Shown in pieces: positions 37,575 to 46,344 of a stretch of 64,000 nt of DNA. Positions within the stretch are counted from its first letter, which is position 1; each line of letters begins with the position of its first letter. Under the pieces are notes generated by a model. The model saw nothing but the letters and a program-made list of their open reading frames with translations. It was not told the DNA's origin and searched no databases. The DNA comes from Planctomycetota bacterium (GTDB taxonomy: Bacteria; Planctomycetota; UBA1135; UBA2386): contig JBEGVB010000062.1 in NCBI GenBank assembly GCA_041178545.1, positions 10 to 64,009 of the forward strand. Reading direction: 5' to 3'. The translations under genes were made by a program, and so were the position numbers.

Positions 37575-39305
37575 TCAGGCGCTCGCGGCCTCGACGGCAC
37601 GGGCCTTCTCGACCAGCGTGCGCGCATGGGCCAGGGCCGCACCGTCGGCACCGTCGCCTGCGCTCATGGCCGCGAGCTCCTGCTCCACCTCGGTGCCAGC
37701 CAGGTGCCGCACGCGCGAGAGCGTGCGCTCGCCCTTGCCCTTGCCCTCGACCACCTTGCCGACGAGGAAGTGGTGCTGCCCGAAGGCCGCCACCTGCGGC
37801 AGGTGGGTGACGATCACGACCTGGTGGTGCCGCGCCACGTCCGCGAGCTTCTGTCCCACCTGCAGGCCGAGTCGTCCACCGATCTCGCTGTCGATCTCGT
37901 CGAGGACCAGCATGGGCACGCGGTCCTGGTCCGCCATCGTCTTCTTCACCGCCAGCACGATGCGCGCGAGCTCGCCGCCCGAGGCGGTGAGCCGCATGGA
38001 GTGGAACGGCTCGCCCGGGTTGATGCGCACCTCGAGGTCCACGGGGACCGGTCCGTGCGGCGTGGCCGTCCCCAGCAGGTCGCAGTCGCGGAACGTGTCC
38101 TCCATCGCCACGCGCACCACCGTGTGGGGCATGCCGAGGTCGACGAGCTCGCGCTGGATCGCCTGTGCGAACGGCTCCGCTGCCTTGCGGCGGGCGCGGA
38201 CCAGCTTGCGCCCCAGTGCTGCCAGTGCCGTCGTGCGATCCTTCAGCTCCGCCGCCAGCGCGTCGGGGTCGGAGGACGCACCCTCGAAGCGCGCGAGCTC
38301 CTCGTTCACCCGGGCGAGGTTCTGGCGGAACTCCGCCTCGGTGGGGCCGTGGCGGCGCAGTGCCTCGTGGACCGTGTCGAGCCGCTCCTGCACCTCGCCC
38401 AGCCGCTCGGGGTCGAGGTCGAGTCCGCCCTGTGCCGACTGGACCTTGCGGCACACCTCGGCAAGCAGCTCCTCCGCCTGCGCGAGGAGCTCGGCGGCCT
38501 CCTCGAGCCGGCGGTCCACGGCAGCCGCGGACTGCAGGTGGCGCAGTGCGTCCGACAGCCGCTCGGCAGCGCTGGACTCGGCCTCCTGCAGGGCACCGAG
38601 CGCACCGTCGAGGTCGAGCCGGAGCGCGTCGAGGTTGGCGAGGACCTGGTGCTCTGCCTCCAGCGCGGCAAGTTCGCCCTCCCCCAGCTGCAGGGCCGTC
38701 ATCGACTCCTGCTGGAAGCGCAGGAACTCGAGGCGCTGCGTGCGCTCGCGCTGCCCGGCCTGGACCTCGGCGATGCGGGCCTGCACCGCGCGTGCCGCGG
38801 CAAGTGCCTCGCCGAACCCGTTGCGCAGGCCAGCTGTCCCGGCAAAGCCGTCCAGCGTCTCGCACTGGATCTCGGGACGCATGAGTGCGCGCGAGTCGCC
38901 CTGCCCGTGGATCTCCAGCAGCTGGGCGCCCAGCTGGCGCAGCGCCTGCAGGGTCGCGGGCCTGCCGCCGATGCGCACGCGGCTCCGTCCGTGCACGTCG
39001 ACGAACCGGGACACCAGCAGCAACCCCTCCTCCACCGTGCCGCCGCAGAGGTCCTGCACGAGCATGGCCACGGCCCGCGAGCGCTCGCCCTCGCCGAGCC
39101 TGAACTCGCCGTCGACCTGCAACTCCTCGGCCCCGCGGCGCACCAGGGCGCCGTTGGCGCGCTCGCCGCGCAACAGCTCCAGGGCGGTGACGACCAGCGA
39201 CTTGCCGCCGCCGGTCTGGCCGGAGATCACGTTGAGGCCGCGGCCCAGGCGCAGTTCGGCGTGCTCGATGAGGGCGAGGTTCCGGATGTGGAGGGCGAGG
39301 AGCAT
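37575..39305 (-). CDS. recN: DNA repair protein RecN
   Basis: ORF 37575..39305. MLLALHIRNLALIEHAELRLGRGLNVISGQTGGGKS, SGGELARI, LVLDEID. 576 aa. Confidence 0.95.
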   Translation of the reverse strand: MLLALHIRNLALIEHAELRLGRGLNVISGQTGGGKSLVVTALELLRGERANGALVRRGAEELQVDGEFRLGEGERSRAVAMLVQDLCGGTVEEGLLLVSRFVDVHGRSRVRIGGRPATLQALRQLGAQLLEIHGQGDSRALMRPEIQCETLDGFAGTAGLRNGFGEALAAARAVQARIAEVQAGQRERTQRLEFLRFQQESMTALQLGEGELAALEAEHQVLANLDALRLDLDGALGALQEAESSAAERLSDALRHLQSAAAVDRRLEEAAELLAQAEELLAEVCRKVQSAQGGLDLDPERLGEVQERLDTVHEALRRHGPTEAEFRQNLARVNEELARFEGASSDPDALAAELKDRTTALAALGRKLVRARRKAAEPFAQAIQRELVDLGMPHTVVRVAMEDTFRDCDLLGTATPHGPVPVDLEVRINPGEPFHSMRLTASGGELARIVLAVKKTMADQDRVPMLVLDEIDSEIGGRLGLQVGQKLADVARHHQVVIVTHLPQVAAFGQHHFLVGKVVEGKGKGERTLSRVRHLAGTEVEQELAAMSAGDGADGAALAHARTLVEKARAVEAASA

Positions 39306-39332
39306 GGGATACCTAACATATCCCTAACAACC
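39306..39332 (-). promoter_or_regulatory. AT-rich operator-like element abutting the recN start codon
   Basis: Minus strand: GGTTGTTAGGGATATGTTAGGTATCCC-ATG. Tandem 11-mers TGTTAGGGATA / TGTTAGGTATC (9/11 identical). Inverted repeat GGGATA-N7-TATCCC. Confidence 0.45.
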
Positions 39333-39385
39333 TCGCGTTCAAGCCGGTCCGGCCCGGAGGCTCACCGCGGGCACTGCCCGCAGGC

Positions 39386-39811
39386 TCACCATTGGTAGAG
39401 GAACAGGTAGACCACCACCCCGGTCACCGACACGTAGAGCCAGATGGGTGCGGTGACCTTGGCCCACTTCCGGTGCTGCTCCCGGCGGTCTTTGTACCCG
39501 AGCCACAGGGTGCGCAGGATGAGCGGCACCTGCACCGCGGCCAGCACGATGTGGGTCACGAGGATGAAGAAGTAGACCGGGCGCACCCAGCCCTCGCCCT
39601 GGAACCTCACCGGGGGCGCACTGAGGTGGTAGACGACGTAGCTGGCGAGGAAGAGTGCGGACACCGCAGTCGCGCCGAGGATCAGCTTCTTGTGCAGCTC
39701 GACGTTGCCGCGCTTCACGGCGACGAGCGCCGCCACGATGAGGACGAAGGCCAGCGCGTTGAGCGTGGCGTTCACGTGCGGGAGGACGAGGGGGTCGAAG
39801 GCGGCGAGCAT
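39386..39811 (-). CDS. DUF420-type four-helix membrane protein (CtaM-like)
   Basis: ORF 39386..39811. Four TM helices with the HxxLxxxxxxLF..SYxxYH pattern typical of DUF420. Lies 4 nt downstream of the ABC permease. Confidence 0.78.
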   Translation of the reverse strand: MLAAFDPLVLPHVNATLNALAFVLIVAALVAVKRGNVELHKKLILGATAVSALFLASYVVYHLSAPPVRFQGEGWVRPVYFFILVTHIVLAAVQVPLILRTLWLGYKDRREQHRKWAKVTAPIWLYVSVTGVVVYLFLYQW

Positions 39812-39815
39812 GGGT

Positions 39816-40586
39816 TCAGGCGACGTTGCGGGCGCTGCGCCGGTTCACGACGGCAGTGCCGAGGGCAAAGGTGGCGAGGGCGAAGCCTGTGCTCGCGGCG
39901 AGGCACACCGGGTAGGCAGGCAGCCCGGCGAGCACCTCGGGTGGCGAGGCGAGGCTGTGGCGCAGGGCACCCACGCCGTAGGTCATCGGGTTGACCCAGC
40001 GCACCCAGGCGAGCCACTCGTGCGCCTCGCCCATCGGGAAGAAGGCGCCCGAGAGCAGCAGCATGGGCATCAGGAAGAGCATCATGATGCCGTGGTAGCC
40101 CGCCGTGCTGTCCATCACCCAAGCGAGGGCGAAGCCGAGACCGGTGACGGCCACCGACAGCAGCAGGAGGACGCCCATGGTCTCGATGGCGGTGGGCAGC
40201 GTGACCTCCATGCCCGCAACCCAGCCGATGGCCAGGAAGAACGTGCCGAGACCGGTGCCCAACGTGGCACCGCCGAGGATCTTGCCCAGCGCGATGGCGC
40301 TGCGCGGCACCGGCGACACCAGCACGCCCTGCAGGAACCCGTCCTTGCGGTCCTCGATCACCGTGATGGTCGCGAAGATGGCGGTGAAGAGCGAGATCAT
40401 CGCCAGCGTGCCGGCGAAGAAGTAGCTGGCGTAGCCCTGGCCGCCGCCCATGTCGACGCGCGCGAGCGCGCCGCTGAAGAGGAGCCAGAAGACGATGGGC
40501 TGCATGAGCGAGCCCGTGAGGCGTGAGCGGTCGCGCAGGAAGCGCACGATCTCGCGCTGCCACATCGAACGGACGGCGAGGATCAT
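39816..40586 (-). CDS. ABC-2 type transporter permease
   Basis: ORF 39816..40586. MWQREIVRFLRDRSRL N-terminus, 6 TM. ATGA overlap with the ATPase gene. Confidence 0.82.
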   Translation of the reverse strand: MILAVRSMWQREIVRFLRDRSRLTGSLMQPIVFWLLFSGALARVDMGGGQGYASYFFAGTLAMISLFTAIFATITVIEDRKDGFLQGVLVSPVPRSAIALGKILGGATLGTGLGTFFLAIGWVAGMEVTLPTAIETMGVLLLLSVAVTGLGFALAWVMDSTAGYHGIMMLFLMPMLLLSGAFFPMGEAHEWLAWVRWVNPMTYGVGALRHSLASPPEVLAGLPAYPVCLAASTGFALATFALGTAVVNRRSARNVA

Positions 40587-41515
40587 GCGGCACCCCCGTT
40601 CACGGACTCGAAGCGCTTGCCGGTGACCTGCAGGAACACGTCCTCCAGCGAGGGCTGCGCGACGGTGAGCCTCCGGATGCGGGCGCCATGCGTCTCCATC
40701 ACCTTGCCGACCATCGCGTGCACGCTGGGGGCACGCACGTGGATGCGGCGGTCGACCACGGTGGCTGCGATGCCGTGCCGGCTGCGCAACTCCGCAGCGA
40801 GCGAGTCGGGTTCGTCGGCCTCGATTTCCAGCACCTCACCGCCCACCGAACGGACCAGGTCGACGGGCCTGCCCTCGGCCACGATGCGGCCCTGGTCGAG
40901 CAACGTGAGGTGGTCGGCCTGTGCGGCCTCCTCCATCAGGTGCGTCGTGAAGAGCACGGTAAGGCCCTGTTGCGACCGCAGCAGCGACCACATGTCGCGG
41001 CGGGCCGCCGGGTCGAGGCCGGTGCTTGCCTCGTCGAGCAGCAGCAGCTCGGGCCGGTGCAGCATGCACTTCGCCACCTCGACGCGCCGACGCATGCCGC
41101 CGGAGAGCTTGGCCAGCTTCTCGCCCGCACGGTCGGCAAGACCGGCGTGCCGCAGCAACTCGTCGATGCGTTGCTCGAGTGCGCCACCGCGCAGGCCGTA
41201 CAGGTGGCCGCCGTAGCGAAGGTTCTCTCGCACCGTGAGCTTCTTGTCGACCGCAGGGGACTGGAACACCACGCCGATGCGCTGGCGGACCAGGTGCTGC
41301 TGCGTCACGAGGTCGCAGCCGAGCAGGTGCAGGCTGCCTGCCTGCGGGGCGACGATCGTGGAGAGGAGCTTGAACAGCGTCGACTTGCCCGAGCCGTTGG
41401 GCCCGAGGAAGCCGTGCACCGAGCCAGGAGCGACGGCGAAGTCGATGCCGCACAGCGCCTGACGGTCGCCGTACGAGTACGTGACGCCACGGCCTTCGGC
41501 AGCGGGGAGACTCAC
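40583..41515 (-). CDS. ABC transporter ATP-binding protein
   Basis: Distal part of ORF 40583..42307. GTG 41515 overlaps the ctaB stop (GTGA). Walker A GPNGSGKST, signature LSGGMRRR, Walker B LLLLDEASTGLD. Confidence 0.9.
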   Translation of the reverse strand: MSLPAAEGRGVTYSYGDRQALCGIDFAVAPGSVHGFLGPNGSGKSTLFKLLSTIVAPQAGSLHLLGCDLVTQQHLVRQRIGVVFQSPAVDKKLTVRENLRYGGHLYGLRGGALEQRIDELLRHAGLADRAGEKLAKLSGGMRRRVEVAKCMLHRPELLLLDEASTGLDPAARRDMWSLLRSQQGLTVLFTTHLMEEAAQADHLTLLDQGRIVAEGRPVDLVRSVGGEVLEIEADEPDSLAAELRSRHGIAATVVDRRIHVRAPSVHAMVGKVMETHGARIRRLTVAQPSLEDVFLQVTGKRFESVNGGAA

Positions 41516-42396
41516 AGGGGCACCTGCCGGTCGAGGACCATGACGACGAGCAACAAGGGGAGGTAGACGATGGATGCGAGGAACGTCATGCGCATGGCGC
41601 TGTCGAGTCGCGTCAGGGCAGCGATCGTCGCGGGAACGAAGAAGAACAGGTCGAGGCACACGGCAGTGCCGAGGTAGACCTGGCCGGCCATGCCCGTCAC
41701 GAACGGGATGAGCGAGGCGATGCCCAGGCCCGCCACGTAGAGCAGCATCGTCATGCGGGTGCGATGGCCGTCCGGGTCGAACGACGGCAGCATGCGGAAG
41801 CCGCCGCGTGCGTACTCCTCGCGGTAGCGCCAGGCAATCGGCAGGAAGTGCGGGATCTGCCAGCAGAACAGGATGGCGAACAGCACCACGGCCCCGAAGC
41901 CGACCTCGCCTCGCACCGCTGCGTAGCCGACCACTGGCGGCAGCGCGCCCGGGATTGCACCCACCAGCGTGTTGAGCGGAGTGGTGCGCTTCATGGGTGT
42001 GTACACGAGCACGTAGCTCAGCAGGATGAGCGCGCTGATGCCGGCTGCCAGCAGGCCGGACAACAGTTGTTCGTTGAACACCACCTGCACCACGAGACCC
42101 ACGATGGAGGCGAGCACCCCGAAGGCAAAGGCCTCGCCGGGTGTGAGGCGGCCCGAGGGCACCGGGCGGCCTGCCGTGCGCGCCATCAGGGCGTCGTACT
42201 CGTGCTCGCGGCTCATGTTGAGCGCGTTGGCGCCACCCGCCACGAGAAAGTTGCCGACGGTGGTCGCCGCCAGCACGCCGAAGGGCGGGTGCGCGTCGGG
42301 GGACCACGCCATGTAGCCGCCAGCCACCACGGCAAACACCGCGAGGCCCGAGAGCCGCGGCTTGGTGAGTTCCAGGTAGGCGCCGACCTTGCTCAT
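41512..42396 (-). CDS. ctaB: protoheme IX farnesyltransferase (heme O synthase)
   Basis: Distal part of ORF 41512..42468. ATG 42396 MSKVGAYLELTKPRLS. NMSREHEYDALMARTAGRP (UbiA-type Asp-rich region). Multi-pass membrane protein. Confidence 0.9.
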   Translation of the reverse strand: MSKVGAYLELTKPRLSGLAVFAVVAGGYMAWSPDAHPPFGVLAATTVGNFLVAGGANALNMSREHEYDALMARTAGRPVPSGRLTPGEAFAFGVLASIVGLVVQVVFNEQLLSGLLAAGISALILLSYVLVYTPMKRTTPLNTLVGAIPGALPPVVGYAAVRGEVGFGAVVLFAILFCWQIPHFLPIAWRYREEYARGGFRMLPSFDPDGHRTRMTMLLYVAGLGIASLIPFVTGMAGQVYLGTAVCLDLFFFVPATIAALTRLDSAMRMTFLASIVYLPLLLVVMVLDRQVPL

Positions 42397-42430
42397 GCGG
42401 GACTTCGGGGAGCGGGCGGTCGGCCTTCGC

Positions 42431-43360
42431 TCAGCGGGTGCTGCCGGATGCCGGGGCGGGGGCCGCACCGAGCCGCACGAGCGCGAGCAGGTGCGCCGTG
42501 GTCATCGTCAGCAGGGCGCCCGTGAGGACGTGGGCCGAGATCAGGCTGGCGCGCCATAGGTACTGGATGTTCTCCGGATGCTTGTCCCGGCGCACCATCA
42601 AGGCCACGAAACCGAGCGCCACTTGCAGGATCAGCAAGCCCATGAGCAGGCGCGATGCCCGGTTCACGCCGGGGACCGAGGAGCCCAGCTTCCCCGAGGT
42701 GACGCCCGACACCACGATGAGGAGGAGGAAGACCACGAACGCGTTGACGACGTGGCTCCAGAGCGCGTGGTTGTTGGGCACGACGGAGTGGCGCGCGATG
42801 GCGCCGAAGGCCGTCTGCAGGATGAGCGCGACGAGACCGATCCAGACCCACTTGCGGGCGCTGCGCAGCCGACCAGCCTCGACGAGCGGGTTCTGGGCGC
42901 AGCGCGGCGACAGCGCGAACAGGATGACCGTGAAGGTCGCGAGGGTCACCTGGGCGAGGACGCCGTGGGTGGCCGACGTGAAGACCGGCAGTTCGAGGCG
43001 CACACCGATGCCGCCGAAGATGCCCTGGGTCACCACGAGGGCAAGACCACCGATGAGCAGGCGGCGGAGCCAGGGCTGGTCGGAGGCTGCGCGACCGGCC
43101 CAGACGACCAGGATGAGCATCATCAGGCCGACTGCGGCGCCGATGATCCGGTGGAAGTGCTCCAGGAAGCCGTCGAGGGTCGACAGGGCCCGTTCGGGCA
43201 TCCACTCCCCGTCGGCGCGCGGCCAGTCGGCAAAGGCCATGCCCGAGCCGGTGCTCGTGACCATGGCGCCGAAGGCGATCAGCACCAGGGTGGTGCAGAC
43301 CATTGCGAACGCCAGCCGGTGCTGGCGCACGTACCGCATGGGGTCTGCCGGGTTGTGCAT
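42431..43360 (-). CDS. ctaA: COX15/CtaA-family heme A synthase
   Basis: ORF 42431..43360 (alternative ATG 43339). GAMVTSTGSGMAFADWP, HFHRIIG, 8 TM pattern with conserved His. Confidence 0.85.
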   Translation of the reverse strand: MHNPADPMRYVRQHRLAFAMVCTTLVLIAFGAMVTSTGSGMAFADWPRADGEWMPERALSTLDGFLEHFHRIIGAAVGLMMLILVVWAGRAASDQPWLRRLLIGGLALVVTQGIFGGIGVRLELPVFTSATHGVLAQVTLATFTVILFALSPRCAQNPLVEAGRLRSARKWVWIGLVALILQTAFGAIARHSVVPNNHALWSHVVNAFVVFLLLIVVSGVTSGKLGSSVPGVNRASRLLMGLLILQVALGFVALMVRRDKHPENIQYLWRASLISAHVLTGALLTMTTAHLLALVRLGAAPAPASGSTR

Positions 43361-43426
43361 CCCGGGACAATGCCGCCCCGCGGGCCGATTTTCACCCGGC
43401 GGGGGCGGTGCGGCCGGAGACCAGGC

Positions 43427-44269
43427 TCAGTTGCGGGCCGAGGTCTCGACGGTCTTCGTCTGGTTCGACGGGTTGGACTTGGTGGCGCTGGCCGTGGAGG
43501 CAAAGGCCTCCCAGAGCGGGCGCTCGTGCTCCTTCACGGAGCTCTTGTCCACGGAACGGTCGAGACCGCTGGAGGGCGCCTCGCTGGCCGTGGCCAGCAA
43601 ACGCTTGACCTGCAGGTCGGAGGAGTTGATCTCGCTGGCGGCGGACAGGTGGGTGCGGGCGGCCTCGGCCTCGCCCATCCGCAGGTTGCAGATGCCCAGG
43701 TTCTTCTGCACGGCGAACAGCACGCTGGTGGGCGCGTTCTCGGTGTTGGCGAGGCTGAACTCGGAGACCGCGCGCTGCCAGCGGCGGTTCTGCATGTGCT
43801 GCTCACCGCGGTAGAGGTGTGCAAGCGTCGCGGTGTCGACCGAACCGTCGATCGTGCGGAAGCTGGTGACCTCGATCCACGGGATGTTCTGGAAGGTGTT
43901 GCGGACCACGCCGCTGACCTCGAGGCGCTGGTAGATGCTCGTGCTGCAGAGCTCGCCGAGGTCGTCGTTGTTCTTGCCGTAGAACAGCATGCCGAACACG
44001 TCCTCGTAGGAGCTCTTCTGCCAGATGGGCTGCTCGTCGGCCCAGGCGTGGAAGTTCACGTACTCGGTCGGGGTGAACTGGGTGAAGAAGGGGTTGCTGA
44101 GGTTGCCCAGCGAGCAGAACTGCACCGTGAAGCGGATCTTCACGTTCTTGAATGCCTCGGGCTCCTCGCGGACCTGCGTGAGGGTCGTGGTGATCTCGAC
44201 ACCGGGGATGGTCTGCGCGACCGCGAAGCCGGGGACGAGCAGGACGGAGAGCAGCAGCAGCTTGTTCAT
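43427..44269 (-). CDS. secreted protein of unknown function with TPR-like C-terminal part
   Basis: Distal part of ORF 43427..44326. ATG 44269 MNKLLLLSVLLVPGFAVAQ signal peptide. Confidence 0.65.
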   Translation of the reverse strand: MNKLLLLSVLLVPGFAVAQTIPGVEITTTLTQVREEPEAFKNVKIRFTVQFCSLGNLSNPFFTQFTPTEYVNFHAWADEQPIWQKSSYEDVFGMLFYGKNNDDLGELCSTSIYQRLEVSGVVRNTFQNIPWIEVTSFRTIDGSVDTATLAHLYRGEQHMQNRRWQRAVSEFSLANTENAPTSVLFAVQKNLGICNLRMGEAEAARTHLSAASEINSSDLQVKRLLATASEAPSSGLDRSVDKSSVKEHERPLWEAFASTASATKSNPSNQTKTVETSARN

Positions 44270-44455
44270 GACAGGTTCACCGTGGTACGTGCCGCAGGCG
44301 CGTCCGGCGGACGCACGACCCCGCACCGGCGGGGCAGCCTGCTGCGCCTACTTCGGCATCACCTCGCCCACGCCTTGACCCGGATTCGGCCGGTCCGGAC
44401 TGGACGGCACGACGTTGCGTGGCGTGGAGCAGCCCTTGCCACGGGCGTGTCGCGC

Positions 44456-45172
44456 TCAGTGGGCGTCCGGCTGCCCTGACCCCGCCTGTTCCGGGTCGGG
44501 ACCCGTGCCCTCCCCGGTTGCACGCTCGGCGCGCTTCCTGCGCACGCGCTCCGGCTCCTCCCCCGCCCGCCACAGGAGCGCAACCGCGGTCGTGCCCCAC
44601 TCGCGCAGGTCGACCGCGGTGTCGGCATCGAAGTCGTCCTCGTCGAGTTGGCCGGCGGGGAAGTGGAAGACGAGGCAGCCGCCCTTTGCCAGGCGCTTCA
44701 CGAGACCACGCACCTTGCCCAGCGCGCGCGCAGGGTCCTCCACCACGAGCGGGTAGGGCGGGTCGAAGAACACCACGTGTGGAGCGACCTCCGCTGCGGG
44801 GTCCTCGCCCTCCACCGGCGCGCCGCCGAAGACCTCGCGCGTCATGGGCGGTGGCTCCCATGCATCCGCGCGCATGACGACCGACCGCTGCACCGCGTCC
44901 CCGCCCAGCGTCTGCAGGTTGCCGCGCAGGATGTCGAGCGCACGGCCGTTCTTCTCGCAGTACAGCACGCGCTCTGCGCCGCGTGAGAGCGCCTCGATGC
45001 CGCTTGCGCCGGTGCCGGCAAAGAGGTCCCACACCACCGCGCCGGGGATGTCGGCCGCGAGGATGTTGAACAGCGAGCCGCGCACCTGGCCGAGCAGCGG
45101 GCGGGTTCCCATGCCGGGAACGGTCTTGAGGATACGGCTGCCGTAGATGCCGGCGATCACCTTGAGTGTCAT
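44456..45172 (-). CDS. rsmD: 16S rRNA (guanine-N2)-methyltransferase RsmD-like, with charged C-terminal extension
   Basis: ORF 44456..45172. LDLFAGTGASGIEALSRGA (SAM motif I), FFDPPY. Confidence 0.83.
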   Translation of the reverse strand: MTLKVIAGIYGSRILKTVPGMGTRPLLGQVRGSLFNILAADIPGAVVWDLFAGTGASGIEALSRGAERVLYCEKNGRALDILRGNLQTLGGDAVQRSVVMRADAWEPPPMTREVFGGAPVEGEDPAAEVAPHVVFFDPPYPLVVEDPARALGKVRGLVKRLAKGGCLVFHFPAGQLDEDDFDADTAVDLREWGTTAVALLWRAGEEPERVRRKRAERATGEGTGPDPEQAGSGQPDAH

Positions 45173-45196
45173 GGGGGCTCCTGACCGGGCGTGGTC

Positions 45197-45301
45197 GGAC
45201 GAGTTCGTCCCATGGTCACTGCGCGGCTGGTGCGACGCAACGGAAACAGCCTGCGCAGATCGATGCCCCGGGCGGCGCTCGTGCCGCTATCGTGGCCGCC
45301 C
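45197..45301 (+). other. structured 5' leader of moaA (three stem-loops; class undetermined)
   Basis: ggacga-gt-tcgtcc (45197-45210). An 11-bp bulged stem ctgcgcggctg/cagcc-t-gcgcag (45219-45258). gggcggc/gccgccc (45270-45301), ending 3 nt before the ATG. Confidence 0.35.
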
Positions 45302-45304
45302 CAC

Positions 45305-46330
45305 ATGGAACCCGTCCTCGACCGCCTGCAACGGCCGATGCGCAACCTGCGGCTGTCGGTCACCGACCGCTGCAACCTGCGCTGCCAGTACTGCATGCCC
45401 GAGGAGGAGTACGCGTGGCTGCCGCAGAAGGACGTGCTCTCCTTCGAGGAGACCAGCCGCGTCGTCGATCGTTTCCTCGACTGCGGCGTCGAGAAGGTGC
45501 GCATCACGGGCGGCGAGCCGCTGCTGCGCCGCGACCTGGAGGTCCTGGTGCGGATGCTTGCGGACAAGCCGCGCATCCGCGAGCTGGCGATGACCACCAA
45601 CGGCGTGCTGCTCGACAAGGCAGCGGAGCCACTGCGCCGCGCGGGCCTGCAACGGCTGACCGTCAGCCTCGACACCCTCGACCCGCAGGTGTTCCGCATG
45701 CTGTCGCGCCGCGACGACCATGCGCGCGTGCTCGCCGGCATCGAGGCCGCCCGCAGCGCAGGCTTCGAGGGGCTCAAGCTGGACACGGTCGTGATCCGCG
45801 ACATCAACGACACGGAGGTCGAGTCGCTGCTCGCGTTCGCACGCCGCGCCGGCGCCGAGATCCGGTTCATCGAGTACATGGACGTCGGCGGCGCGACGCG
45901 CTGGTCCATGGACAGGGTGGTGACCCGCGCCCAGCTGCTCGAACGCGTGGCGGCTGCGTTCGGCGCGGCAACCCCTGTCCCGCGCACCGACAGTGCGCCT
46001 GCAGAACGGTTCACGCTCCCCGACGGCACCACCTTCGGGATCATCAGCTCGGTCACTGCACCCTTCTGCGCCAGTTGCGACCGCAGCCGGCTGACCGCGG
46101 ACGGCATGTGGTTCCGCTGCCTGTACGCCACCGAGGGAACCGACCTCCGTGCACCACTGCGCGCAGGCGCCACCGACGACCAGCTCCGCGAGCTGCTGGC
46201 ACAAGGATGGAGCCAACGAGCCGACCGCGGCGCCGAGGTCCGTGCGGCGATGGAACGCCGGGAGCCGCTCGCACAGCACGCGCAGCTGCGCCTCGCTCCG
46301 CACCTCGAGATGCACACGCGCGGCGGCTGA
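45305..46330 (+). CDS. moaA: GTP 3',8-cyclase MoaA (radical SAM)
   Basis: Distal part of ORF 45191..46330. ATG 45305 MEPVLDRLQRPMRNLRLSVTDRCNLRCQYCMP. C-terminal CASCDRSRLTADG cluster. Confidence 0.95.
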   Translation: MEPVLDRLQRPMRNLRLSVTDRCNLRCQYCMPEEEYAWLPQKDVLSFEETSRVVDRFLDCGVEKVRITGGEPLLRRDLEVLVRMLADKPRIRELAMTTNGVLLDKAAEPLRRAGLQRLTVSLDTLDPQVFRMLSRRDDHARVLAGIEAARSAGFEGLKLDTVVIRDINDTEVESLLAFARRAGAEIRFIEYMDVGGATRWSMDRVVTRAQLLERVAAAFGAATPVPRTDSAPAERFTLPDGTTFGIISSVTAPFCASCDRSRLTADGMWFRCLYATEGTDLRAPLRAGATDDQLRELLAQGWSQRADRGAEVRAAMERREPLAQHAQLRLAPHLEMHTRGG

Positions 46331-46344
46331 CCCCAGCGGGTCAG
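46327..46344. terminator. 7-bp palindrome containing both convergent stop codons (moaA / dppC-type)
   Basis: cTGAccc-cagc-gggTCAg. Confidence 0.3.

Noticed and set aside
36904-39327. 807-aa plus-strand ORF
   Set aside because: Antisense to recN and manA, both with strong motif support. Ser/Arg/Ala/Pro-rich junk.
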